A stretch of DNA of 64,000 nucleotides from NCBI RefSeq assembly GCF_009914755.1, contig NC_060927.1. One strand, given 5' to 3'. Shown piece after piece: positions 1 to 15,086 of this stretch; the stretch's first letter is position 1; every line of letters begins with the position of its first letter. The notes beneath the pieces were generated by a model, which saw only the letters and a program-made list of their open reading frames with translations, was not told the DNA's origin and did no database searches. The position numbers were made by a program, and so were the translations under genes. Source of the stretch: the human T2T-CHM13v2.0 reference genome, Homo sapiens.

Positions 1-3000
1 TTGCTGAGGATGATGACTTCCAGCTTCATCAGTGTCTGTGCAAAGGACATGCTCTCATTCCTTTTTATGGCTGTATACTATTCAATGGTGTATATGTACC
101 AAATTTTCTTTATCCAGTAAATGCCCATTGATGGGCATTTGGATTGGTTACATGTCTTTGCTATTGTAAATAGTGCTGCAATAAACATACATGTGTATAT
201 GTCTTTATGATAGAATGACTTCTATTCCTTTTGGTAATGGGATTCCCCAGTAATGGAATTGCTGGGTCAAATGGTATCTCTGGTTCTAGATCTTTTAGGA
301 ATTGCCACACTGTCTTCCACAATGGTGGAACTAATTTACATTCCCACCAACAGTGTAAAAGCATTCTTATTTCTCCACAGCCTCGTCAGCATCTGTTGTT
401 TATTCACTTTTTAATAATCGCCATTCTGACTGGTTGAGATGGTACCTCATTGTGATTTTGATTTGCATTTCTCTAGTGATCAGTGATGTTGAGCTTTTTT
501 TTCATATGTTTATTGGCCACATAAATGACTTCTTTTAAAAGTGTCTGTTCATATCCTTCATGTACTTTTTGATGGGGTTGTTTGTTTTTTTCTTGTAAAT
601 TTGTTTAAGTTCCTTGTAGAGTCTGGACATTAGACCTTTGTCAGGTGGATAGATTATACAAATTTTCTCCCATTCTCTAGGTTGCCTGTTCACTCTGATG
701 ATGGTTTCTTTTGCTGTGCAGAAGCTCTTTAGTTTAATTAGATCCCATTTGTCAATTTTGGCTTTTGTTGCTATTGCTTTTGGTGTTTTAGTCATGAAGT
801 CTTTGCCCATGCCTATGTCCTGAATGGTATTGCTTAGGTTTTCTTCTAGGGTTTTTATGGTTTTGGGTTTTACACAAGTCTTTAATCCATCTTGAGTTAA
901 TTTTTCTATAAGGTGTAAGGAAGGGGTCCAGATTCAGTTTTCTGCATATGGTTAGCCAGTTGTCCCAGCACCATTTGTTGAATAGGAAATCCTTTTCCCA
1001 TTGCTTGTTTTTGTCAAGTTTGTTGAAGATCAGATGGTTGTAGATGTGTGGTGTTATTTCTGAGGACTCTGTCCTGTTCCATTGGTCTACATGTCTGTTT
1101 TGGTACCAGGATTATGCTGTTTTGGTTGCTGTAGCCTTGTAGTACAAAGTCAGGTAGCAGGATGCCTCCAGCTTTTTTTTTTTTTTTTTTTTTTTTTGCT
1201 TAGAATTGTCTTAGCTATATGGGCTCTTCTTTCATTCCATAAGAAATTTAAAGTAGTTTTTTTCTAGTTCTGTGAAGAATGTCAATGGTAGTTTGGTGGG
1301 AATAGCATTGAATCTATAAATTACTTTGGGCACTATAGGCATTTTCATGATATTGATTCTTCCTATCCATGAGGATGGAATGTTTTTCCATTTGTTTGTG
1401 TCCTCTCTTATTTCCTTGATCAGCAGTTTTTAGTTCTCTAAGGTCCTTCACATCCCTTGTTAGCTGTATTCCTAGGTATTTTATTCTCCTTGTAGCATAG
1501 TGAATGGGAGTTCATTCATGATTTGGCTCTCTGCTTGTCTTTTGTTGGTGTATAGGAGTGCTTTGATTTTTGCACAATGATTTTGTATCTTGATACTTTG
1601 CTGAAGTTGCTTATGAGCTTAAGGAGTTTTTGGGCTGAGACGATGGGGTTTTGTAAATATACAATCATGCCATCTGCAAACAGAGACAATTTGACCTCCT
1701 CTCTTCCTATTTAAATACCCTTTATTTCTTTCTCTTGCCTGATTTCCCTGGCCAGAACTTCCAATACTATGTTGAATAGGAGTGGTGAGAGAGGGCATCC
1801 TTATCTTGTGCTGGTTTTCAAAGGGAATCTTTCCAGCTTTTGACCATTCAATATGATATTGGCTGTGGGTTTGTCATAAGTAGCTCTTATTATTTTGAGA
1901 TATGATCCATCAACTACCTAGTTTACTGAGAGTTTTTAACATGAATCGATGTTTAATTTTATCAAAGGCTTTTTCTGGATCTATTGAGATAATTGTGTGG
2001 TTTTTGTCTTTGGTTCTGTTTATGTGATGGATTACGTTTATTGATTTGCCCATGTTGAACCAGCCTTGCATCCCAGGGATGAAGCCAACTTGAACGTGGT
2101 GAATAAGCTTTTTGATGTGCTGCTGGATTTGGTTTGCCAGTATTTTATTGAGGATTTTTGTACCAATGTTCCTCAGTAATGTTGGCCTGAAGTTTTCTTT
2201 TTTTGTTGTGTCTCTGACGGGTTTTGGCATCAGGATGATGCTGGCCTCATGAAATGAATTAAGGAGGAGTCCCTCCTTTTCAATTGTTTGGAATAATTTT
2301 GGAAGGAATGATACCAGCTCCTCTTTGTAACTGTAGTAAATTTCGGCTGTGAATCTGGTCCTGGGCTTTTTTTGGGTGGTAGGCTATTACTGCCTCAATT
2401 TCAGAACTTCTTACGGTCTATTCAGGGATTCGACTTCTTCCTGGTTTAGTCTTGGGAGGGTGTATTTGTCCAGGAATTTATCCATTTCTTGTAGATTTTC
2501 TAGTTTATTTGCACAGAGGTGTTTATAGTATATTCTGATGGTAGTTTGTATTTCTGTGGGGTCAGTGGTAATATCCCCTTTATAATTTTTTTATTGTGTT
2601 TATTTTATTCTTCTCTCTTCTCTTCTTTATTAGTCTAGCTAGCAGTCTATCTGTTTTGTTAATTTTTTTCAAAATACTAGCTCCTGGATTCATTGATGTT
2701 TTGGAGGGTATTTTGTGTCTCTATTTCCTTCAATTCAGCTCTGTTCTTAGTTATTTCTTGTCTTCTGCTAGCTTTTGGATTTGTTTGCTCTTGCTTCTAT
2801 AGCTCTTTTAATTGTGATGTTAGGTTGTTGATTTGAGATCTTTCTAGGTTTCTGATGTGGGCATTTAATGTTATAATTCTCCCTCTTAATACTGCTTTAG
2901 CTGTGTCCCAGAGATTCTGGTACATTGCCTCTTTGTTCTCATTGGTTTCAAAGAACTTCTTCATTTCTGCCTTAATTCCATTATTTACCCAGGAGTCATT

Positions 3001-5948
3001 CAGGAGCAGATTGTTCAATGTCCATCTAATTGTGTGATTTTGAGAGAGTTTCTTAATCCTGAGTTCCAATTTGATTGAACTGTGGTCTCAGAGACTGTTA
3101 TGTTTTCAGTTCTTTTGCATTTGCTGAGGAGTGTTTTATTTCCAATTATGTGGTCAATTTTAGAATAAGTGCCATGTGACACTAAGAAGAATGTATATAT
3201 TGCTGATTTGGGCTGGAGAGTTCTGTGGATCCATTTGATCCAGAGCTGAGTTCAAGTCTTGAATATCCTTGTTTTCTGTCTCATTGATCTGTCTAATATT
3301 GACAGTGGGGTGTTAAAGTCTCCCACTGTTATTGTGTGGGAGTCTAATTCTCTTTGTAGGTCTCTCTGAACTTGTTTTATGAATCTGGGTGCTCCTGTAT
3401 TGCATGCATATATCTTTAGGATAGTTAGCTCTTATCATTGAATTGATGCCTTTACTATTATGTAATGCCTTTGTCTTTTTTGATCTTTGTTGGTTTAAAA
3501 CCTGTTTTGTCAGAGACAAGAACTGCAACCCCTGCTTTTTTTTGCTTTCCACTTGCTTGGTAAATTTTGCTCCATCCCTTTATTTTGAGCCTATGTGTGT
3601 TTTTGCACTTGAGATGGGTCTCCTGAATATAGGACACCAATGGGTCTTGACTCTGTATCCTCCGTATCCAATTTGCCAGTCTTCTTTTAATTGGGCACAG
3701 TTAGCTCATTTACATTTAAGGTTAATATTGTTATGTGTGAATTTGATCCTGTCATCATGATGCTATCTGATTATTTTGCACACTAGTTGATGCAGTTTCT
3801 TCATAGTGTCGTTGGTCTTTATATTTCGGTTTGTTTTTGTAGTGGGTGGTACTGGTTTTTCCTTTCCATATTTAATGCTTCCTTCAGGAGCTCTTGCAAG
3901 GCAGGCCTGGTGGTGATGAAATCCCTCAGCATTTGCTTGTCTGGAAAAGATTTTATTTCTCCTTTGCTTACGAAGCTTAGTTTGGCTGGATGTAAAATTC
4001 TGGGTTGAAAATGCTTTTCTTTAATAATGTTGAATATTGGCTCCTGCTCTCTTCTGGCTTATAGGGTTTCTGCTGAGAGGTCCTCTGTTAGTCTGATGGG
4101 CTCCCCTTTGTAGGTGACCTGGCCTTTCTCTCTGGCTGCCATTAACTTTTTTTCTCTTCATTTTGACCTTGGAGAATCTGATGATTATGCCTCGGGGTTG
4201 AACTTCTCATGGAGTATCTTAGCGGTGTTCTCTGTATTTCCTGAAATTTTGGGGAAGTCCTTTTTTATAATATCCTGAATTGTGTTTTCCGGCTTGGTTC
4301 CATTCTCCCCATGTCCTTCAGGTCTAATTAATCACAGATTTGGTCTTTTTACATAGTCCCATATTTCTCAGGTGTTTTGTTCATTTCCAGCTCCATCAGG
4401 TTATTTATGTTCCTCTCTAAACTGGTTATTCTAGTTAGCAGCTCCTTTAACTTTTTATCAAGGTTCTTAGCTTCTTTGCATTGGTTTAGAACATGCTCCT
4501 TTAGCTCAGCAGAATTTGTTATTACCCACCTTCTGAAGCTGACTTCTGTCAATTCATCCATCTCATCCTCCATCCAGTTCTATGCCCTTGCTAGAGAGGT
4601 GTTGCGATCATTTGGAGAAGAGGCGCTCTGGTCTTTTTGGTTTTTAGCATGTTTCTGTTGATTCTTTCTCATCTTCAAGAGTTTGTCTATTTTTTATCTT
4701 TGAGGCTGCTGACCCTTGGATGGGATTTTTGTGGGGCCTTTTTGATGTTGTTGATGCTGTTTTTATTGTTTTTTGTTTGTTTGTTTCTTTTTCAATGATC
4801 AGGTCCCTCTTCTGCAGGGCTGCTTTCGGTTTGCTGGGGGTTCACTTCAGGCCCTATTTGTCTGGTTTGTTCCTGTGCCTGGAGTTGTCACTCAAGGAGG
4901 CTGGAGAACAGCAAAGATGGGTGCCTGCTCCTTTCTCTGAAATCTCTGACCTTGAGGGCACCAACCTGATGTGTAGGATTGCCCCTGTATAGGGTGTCTG
5001 ACAAACCCTGTTAGAGGGTCTCACCCAGTCGGGTGGCACAGGGAGCAGGACCCATTTAATGAAGCAGTTTGACTGTCCCTTGGTGGAGGGGGTGTTCTTT
5101 GCTGGGGGGAAACCGACTTGTCTGGGCTGCCTGGATTCTTCAGAACTAACAGGAGGAAAGGCTAAGTCTGCTGGTCCACAGAGACTGTGGCCATCCCTCC
5201 CCCTGGGAGCTCAGGCCCAGGGAGATCAGAGTTCTGTCCTTGAGCCCGTGGCTGGAGTTGGAGTTCCTGCAGGGAGGCCCTGCCCGCTGAGGAAGGATGG
5301 GTCAGGGTGAGGCCTGAAGAGGCACTCTGGCTGCAGTCCGCCAGCAGGGGACACCTCTTGGGACCAAGCTGTCCAGCCTCCCTGGCTCCAGCAGGGGAAA
5401 ACAGCAGCCTACAGCTAAAGATGGCTGCCACCCTTCCCCCACCCATGCAGCTTAGCGTGTTAGGCAGCTGTTAGTCCCAGTGATGGCTGCTGCCCCTCCC
5501 CCAAGGACCTCAAACAGCTTAGACAATAGGCAGTCACAGCTGTGGTGCTGGTCACCCCTCCCCCAGGGAACCAGGCAGCCTTAAGCACATTTTAGCTGAG
5601 AGACTGTTGAGAATCTGCGTGGCTTTGGGGTTGGGACCTTAGGCCCCGGTGGTGTGAATTCACCCCAATCTGTGGGTTGCATGGTTCCATGCGAAAAGCA
5701 GTTTCTCCTGCTGTGTAGCACGCTCACTCACACCTCCCTTGGCTGGGGGGTAGGAGCTCCTCTCCCCCATGTGGCTCTCAGGTGGGCCTCCACACCACAC
5801 TGCTCTTCCTTCCTCTCCTTAGATCACGCCAGCTGCCTAGTCAGTTCTGATGAGAGAACCTGGATAGCTCGGTTGCCAGTGCAGGATTCACATGCTATTG
5901 TGATACTTTTCAATGGGCACCTAAGATCGCCACTGCTTGTAGTCAGCC
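1..5948 (-). mobile_element. Near full-length, degenerate LINE-1 (older L1PA, roughly L1PA8-L1PA13); 3' end lies upstream of the window
   Basis: Minus-strand ORF fragments match L1 ORF2 (LLHCWWECKLV; [20 protein letters not shown]; [17 protein letters not shown]; [15 protein letters not shown]) and ORF1 (WVITNSAELKEHV). GC-rich 5'UTR at ~4650-5948. Right flank GGATTGCTTTTT/AA is an L1 endonuclease site. Confidence 0.95.
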
Positions 5949-6212
5949 CCGGATTGCTTTTTAAAGACACGTGTGTAAAAATGTCCTTAAATACCCCGGA
6001 GACACACCAACTATCTTACCAGAATTAAATATTTCTTATGTAATTTGACATTATGTTTTTTTCAGACATAACAAGAGTGTAAAATGACACAATTTTAACT
6101 GTCAAGAAACACAGAAGCATCATACTTATATTTCAGGCCTACCATTTTGTCACTTCTCTCTTTTTTTGAGAATTTGATGGGCAAAATTAGGAAGCTCCGT
6201 TCCTTAGTTTTC

Positions 6213-8471
<2,259 letters not shown>

Positions 8472-8993
8472 GTTCCTTAATTTTCAACCTATCCAGCATA
8501 ACCTGGATTTAGGCTTTTCTGAATAAATGGCTTTGAGCAGTAAGTTTTGATCTCTTTAAACAATAATCATTTGCTTCAGTGTCCTGAAAGCAGGATGGAC
8601 TGCAAGAGACAGGTGTACCAGCAATCCCAAACAAGGAGAATGGTGGTTGGGTGACATCCTAAAGTTTTCTTGTCTCTTTCAACGACCATTCTCCAGAATA
8701 ACACTTGTCAGTAAAGACATAAGACCCCTTTTTCTCCTGACTCACCCAACCCTAGGTAAAAAAAAAAAGTTCCCCCAAAACACGATAGGGAAGCCCATAA
8801 ACAAAAGAGGATCCTTTATTTTAGTCATCTCATTATTTGGCTTCCACAGAATCCAGTGGATCTCAATGAAGGCTTAAATGGCTTCCAAATAATGAGATGT
8901 CCAAAAGAAGGAGATGTATTGGAGGGTCATCAGAGGTTCATGAAAATTCTGCAAGTTTGCAGAACTGATCTGTGGCTTGAGGAGGCTCTAAGG

Positions 8994-9215
8994 CAGGAGT
9001 GTCCAATCTTTTGGCTTCCCTGGGCAACATTGGAAGAAGAAGAATTGTCCTGGGCTACACATAAAAAAAACTAACACTAATGATAGATGATGAGCTAAAA
9101 AAAAAAAAAATCAGAAATTTTTATGTTTTAAGAAAGTTTATGAATTTGTGTTGGGCCACATTCAAAGCTGTCCTGGGCCACATGTGGCCTGCAGGCCGTG
9201 GGTTGGACAAGCTTG
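8994..9215 (+). mobile_element. MER30 non-autonomous hAT-Charlie DNA transposon
   Basis: caggagtgtccaatcttttggcttccctggg...gggttggacaagcttg. Perfect 8-bp TSD ctctaagg at 8986-8993 and 9216-9223. Confidence 0.92.
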
Positions 9216-9860
9216 CTCTAAGGCAATTCCAGAGAGCCAGGACTCAGGGTGCCTCATTGTAAGGCAGGGACAGTCTGTCACAGAACCTTTCCTGGACTGA
9301 GTCACCATCAATCATTCCTTCTGCTTTTTTTGTCACTTACTCAAGCTTTAAACTGGACAGGAAGTCCAAATGCCTGAGTTTAAGTAACATAACTGTTCAG
9401 CCTAGTCCAACTTTCTAATTGATTCTTTTGGTTATAAGGACTCTATTAAGTTCTTCTTTTTAAAGGCAAGAGCTAAAGATTCGTACTTTTGTTTCAGTTG
9501 CCTTTTATTTTGTTTCAGTTGCCTTTTATTTGCCATCAATATGCTTAAACATTTATTTTGTTGGATCAATAAGTTTGCAGATAATGAACTGGAAATGTGT
9601 GTGTTCAATGATAATAAATAATCCATTACTAATTAATTCTCCTGAATTAGAATTCAGTTATTGATGTTAGAAGTAAGAGTTTTTGCCAGTCACTAAAGAT
9701 AAAATCGTTCTCCAAAAGAATAGGAATAAAAATGTCATTCTTTATAGTTTTTTTAACCACTTTTTTCAAATGATTATGGATGGCAAAAAATCATGTTTCA
9801 CTGGTTTCACGTAATCTTCTATTAAAAGAGCTGATTTGAAAATACCAAAAAAAAAAAAAT

Positions 9861-10068
9861 AGTGGGAGGATTACTTAAAGCCAGGAGTTTGAGACTAGTC
9901 TAAGCAACAAAGCAAGACACCATCTCTTAAAAAAAAAATAAAAATAAAAAACATTAGCAAGACACAGCTACTTGGGAGGCTAAGGTGGGAAGATCACTTG
10001 AGCCCGGAAGTTTGAGGCTGCAGTAAGCTATGACTGCACGACTGCACTTCAGTCTGCGTAACAGAGCC
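9861..10068 (+). mobile_element. Degenerate AluJ, 5'-truncated, with internal deletion
   Basis: gccaggagtttgagactagtc, A-rich linker, gggaggctaaggtgggaagatcacttgagcccgg, gaggctgcagtaagctatg. Confidence 0.88.
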
Positions 10069-10360
10069 AAACAAAAAGAAAGATAAAGAAAGATGAAAGA
10101 AAGAAAAAGAGAGAAGAGAGAGAAAGAAAGGAGGGAGGGAGGACAGAAAGTGAAAGAAAAGGGAGGAGAGAGGGAAAGAGAGAGAAAGAAGGAAAGAAAA
10201 TAAAGAAAAAATGAAAGAGAGAAAGAAGGGAGGGAGGGAGAGAGGGAAAGAAAGAGAAAGAAATGAAATGGGAAGAGAGGGAAAGAGGGAAAGAGAGAAA
10301 GAAGGAAAGAAAGAAAAAAGAAAGAAAAAGAAAATACAACAAAAAGAAAGAAAGAAATAA
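10069..10360 (+). repeat. GA-rich polypurine low-complexity tract extending the Alu tail
   Basis: About 290 bp of GAAA/GGGA/GAGA units. Confidence 0.95.
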
Positions 10361-10801
10361 TATAGCATGACAGCTTCAAGCTTCTATCTAGCACCACTCA
10401 TGCAATTGTAGGCAATATGAGGCTGGAGACATGTTTTAGCTTCAAGCACAACACTGCTTGCTGTCCAACAAATAGTAAATTGTCCTAAATTGAATTGAAT
10501 TGACCCTAAAATGCTGAACCAAGAGAAAATACTGTCTTTCTGTGGTTCCTCAAAGCAGTTCTGAAAGAAACGTTCGTTTGGGATCAAATGTAACTTGCCA
10601 CTTGCTCCTTGTCCAACACCAGGCTCTCAGAGTTAAAGTAAAAATTCAGGATTATCCCTTCTGATTCCCCTCCATCAGCACTAGACTTAATTATTTATAA
10701 GTAATTTGTTGGAATGTCAGTGTTTAAGTTTTAAAGCTAGTGATGATTAGTGATTTGATACATAATAATGTTTAATACCAACAAAGGAGTAAAATGTTTA
10801 A

Positions 10802-11099
<298 letters not shown>

Positions 11100-12991
11100 A
11101 AAATAAAATTTCAAAAATGTCATGTATTGTCCATGATCTCATTACAATTCACTCTCTTACTTTTTTATTCTTAGTGTTAAAATCGGCATGAAGCTGGTAG
11201 GATCCACTATTCAGTGTGTTTTGTAGAGATGGCCAATTGTTATGTCTGAAGAACTTGTCCTCCGGATCTCTCCCATCTTTCCTTGGCCTGGCAAGAGTGG
11301 AGGGCCTGGCAAGAGTGGAGAGCCTGCCACAGTAGCGTTTAGAGCTAACTACACAATACTGCAATCTGATAAATAGAAACCCCACTGCCTTTTACCCATC
11401 TTCCTCTATGACTTTCAGTACTTTCCAAATGGTGTGGACTATGAAAAAAAATAAATAATAACAAAAATGTGGTTACATCAGACACAGGTGGAATGAGAGG
11501 GAGCTTTATTAAATAAGAGCATATTAAAATGTGTTAAAATAAATATCTTTTAATTTGAACATTAAATTTTGTCAGCCTGTAGCATGTCAATTCAACATAT
11601 CTGTTAAAAATGAGATTTTTAGGAGCTTTCCTGACATGTGTAATTCTAAGAGGTTGCGAACAGTATTCCTTCTCAGAAGCATGTCCTCTGTAATCATATT
11701 ATCTGGACTAAAGACAGAGGCCTGGTGCTGAGACTTCACATTTTTATTTTGGCATTTTAAAGGCTGCATATGTCTTCTCCCTGTCAGACTCTTCTCCACT
11801 TCGTTTTACTCTGCCTCCTGGTTTCCTTTCTTCTGTCACGTCTCCTTAGACAAAGTTCCACTTCTCATTTCCATGAATCCTTGGTCTAACATCAGTTGAA
11901 CATTCTCTGCAGTGCCTGGGGCTCTTTGGAAAAGAGATGTTATAGAAATCTAATGAATAAATAAAAGACTAGCTCATACCCTCAGGTCCTTGTGTTGCCT
12001 AGTGCTGATGAAGTTAGCAATTTTCTAGGATTTGAATAAGTATATTACTGAAATGTAGACTATGAAACAGAGTAAACTTCATTTAAATGAGGAGAGGCTA
12101 CTGTGGGGTAATTTCAACCACAGTAAGGCCCTAATCACATCTTCTGTGTTTATTTTTTCTTCTTGGTAAGGTATATGTGCCCAGTTCTAGGTCTAATATT
12201 GTTGTTCTTAAGACATTAAAATGTATTTTATAAACCTTCATTCACTCTGTCTGCATTGCACAGAAAACATATTTTTCTGTTGGCAAAACACACACATAGT
12301 TAGGAAGCCTGTGTGTTTATGTAATTATATTTGGGTTTCTGGTGAAATCCTCTAAGGACACTTGATTGATTTAAAATAAATGGAATATCATTTGTAAGCT
12401 TAAGGGAGGCTTGGAGAGTTAGATTCAGTGGTGTGCTGAGAACTGACTCTAGTATTATTACAAAAAGAACATAGTCATTGCAACATTTCAACTTTGTTGA
12501 TCCCTTAATATCAGAAATTCTCCACTTAAACATATATTCTGATGTCAAAAGATTAGAAAGAACTCGTTTCCCCCGTGATTTTGGCCCAACACACAAGGCC
12601 TTTTAATCACCTTAGCACAGGACAGTGATCTCTTTGGAAAATGACAAGTTAGTTCATTCCTGCTTCTTTCCACTGGTGCTGGAGCAACAGGGAGAATGGT
12701 GCAAATTGCACTCTGTGAAATAATGAAGCAAATAATGTCTCTTCAAATGGAACTGAGCATATTTACATCTAGAAATATGTTCTATATGAATGCTTTTATT
12801 GTGCAAAAATAATTCACTGACATGGAGATAATGCAGAGTGGAGAGTGGAGGAACAGGGAGGATTTTATAGACACTCCCATTGAGACAGTTTTCCTGAAAT
12901 GAGTCAGGTTTGGTCTTCTAAGCTATATGGATGATGTATTTTATTGGCTTCACTGTCATTCTAATAAGATGATTTTGGTCTCAGATGTATC

Positions 12992-13116
12992 TTTTTTTTT
13001 TTTTTTTTTTTTGGTAAAGCCAGGGTCTCACTTGATCACCCAGGCTGAAGTGCAGTGTGCATGATCATAGCTCAGTACATCCTGGAACTCCTGGCCTCAA
13101 GTGATCCTCCTGCTTT
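12992..13116 (-). mobile_element. AluJ/FRAM right-arm fragment
   Basis: T21 then cagggtctcac..cccaggctgaagtgcagt..ctcctggcctcaagtgatcctcctgc. Confidence 0.85.
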
Positions 13117-13243
13117 CGTCCCTTTTGCCAATGGCATACCAATTTTTTAGCACCAACAGCTCATTACCACATTGGCTATAGACATTTCCAAATAAGCATC
13201 AGAAGCCATTGGCCAATATATTTTTAAAAGACAGATAAATCTA

Positions 13244-13532
13244 AGCCATGTATGGTGGCTCATGCCTGTAATCCAAGCACTTTTGGAGGCCAAGACAGGA
13301 AGATTGCTTGAAGTCAGGAGTTCACGCCTAGCCTGGGCAAAAAAAAATGAGACCCTGTCTCTTCAACAACAACGACAACAACACAATTAGCCAGGCGTGG
13401 TGGTGCACACCTGTAGTTGCAGCTACTAGGGAAGCTAAGGTGAGAAGATCCCTTGAGTCCAGGAGTTTGAGGCTAAAGTAAGGTATGATCGTGCCACTCA
13501 CTCCACCCTGGGTGACAGAGCAATACCCTATC

Positions 13533-13563
<31 letters not shown>
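13244..13563 (+). mobile_element. AluJ, full-length with long A tail
   Basis: ggtggctcatgcctgtaatc, (CAA)n linker, ggagtttgaggct, ctgggtgacagagc, then A-tail. Confidence 0.92.
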
Positions 13564-13862
13564 GTGGGGTAGGGGTGGGGCAAAATTTAAAACATTTAAT
13601 AAATTTTTTTAAAAATCTCTTGGGAGTTTAAACTGGGAGACAGAAGGCGGCAATTAGTTGGAGTCAGGGTGAAAGGTTGAATATAGAAGTCCTAATATGG
13701 TTAGAACATGGTAAGCTATAGCTGGGAGGGATTGATTTAAAACCATGCTAAGCATGAGCTATAAGATAAAGACAATATCAACAAGACAGAGAGTTAGCAA
13801 GGTGCAGTTGAACAAGGAATGTAGTTCAGTCACAAGTATCTCATATACTATGATGAATTCAT

Positions 13863-13901
13863 CCCTCCCTCCCTCCCTCCCTCCCTCCCTCCCTCCCTTC
13901 C
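13863..13901 (+). repeat. (CCCT)n microsatellite
   Basis: Direct tandem CCCT units. Confidence 0.95.
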
Positions 13902-14907
13902 TCTCTTCTTCTGACACCTACTTATTGCCCACTTACTGTATCCCAGCAGGCAGACATACAATGACAGACACAGTTGCAGCTATCATTATGAAAGTTCCAG
14001 TCAAATGAACTCGATAGATTAGTACCACAGCCTAGTTCTAACCTTGGCCTTGTTCTAACCTAGTTCTAGTCATGGGATAAAATTAAGACAGAATCTTAGG
14101 GTATACAACATAGACAGTGACACAGAACAAATCTGAAATACCAGAGAGAACTGAGAAGCTTCAGAACAACAGCTTCATCCATTCTACTCTCAGCAATCCC
14201 AATCCACTCTTAATGCAACATCGTAAACATATAATTTTGCAGAAAGAGATCATTGCTGTCACATTTTCCCCGTACCCTGAGAGTCCATAATTTGCTCTTT
14301 AATATCATAAACAGGCCAAGGTCAGCCTCCTTGGGATCTTGTGCCAGATCTAAACAACTCTTACATTTAATATAAACCTGATGAATTACTGGAAGTGCAC
14401 TCAATATCTAAAATAATGTGTGGCACATAGTAGATGATCCTTGTTGCTTCAGAATATTTATGGAATGAATGCATGAATAATGAAGCTCAGAAAGCAAGCA
14501 GAAAACAGATCATGCATCTTAGAAGAAGACTGCAGTGTTGCAGCAGAGTGGAAAGCCTCAGGCCATTGCAATAAGAGTATGCATTCTTTGAGGTATATAA
14601 GCCATGGAAACTTAAGGACAAAAATATCTGCAAATTGCATTCCTGTTTCTAATGTCAAGATTTCAAGAAGTAAAAATGATCCTTTTAAGTGTAATAGGCT
14701 TCTTACACCAAGAAATCTACTGAATTAGCCATCTTTCCAAGAGTGCAGGTTGAACCTGAAATTGCCCATTAGAAAGTAAAAATATACTGAATCAACCTTA
14801 AATCCAGCTTTTGTCTATTTAGATCCCATTAAGATGGCAACTGAACATTTATCTGGATAATGCAATCAATGCAGAGAGTCAGTTTTGGTACTTCAGGCCC
14901 ATGTTTT

Positions 14908-15086
14908 TTTTTTCTCTCTCCCTCTTTTTTTTAGAACTAGGGTCTTGCTCTGTCCCTGTGTTCCCCAGGCTGGAGTGTAGTGGTATCATCACCACTCATT
15001 GCAGCCTTAAACTTTTGGCCTCAAGTGATACATCTGCCATGGCCTCCCAAACACTGGAATTCCAGGTATGAGCAACAGGCCTGGCC
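14908..15086 (-). mobile_element. FRAM/AluJ-type monomer
   Basis: Monomer-length Alu sequence ending ...ggcctggcc. Flanking direct repeat gcccatgtttt at 14897-14907 and 15092-15102. Confidence 0.82.

Noticed and set aside
9954-10397. Phe/Ser/Leu-rich ORFs resembling membrane proteins
   Set aside because: Artefacts of translating the stop-free TC-rich strand of a low-complexity tract plus Alu.
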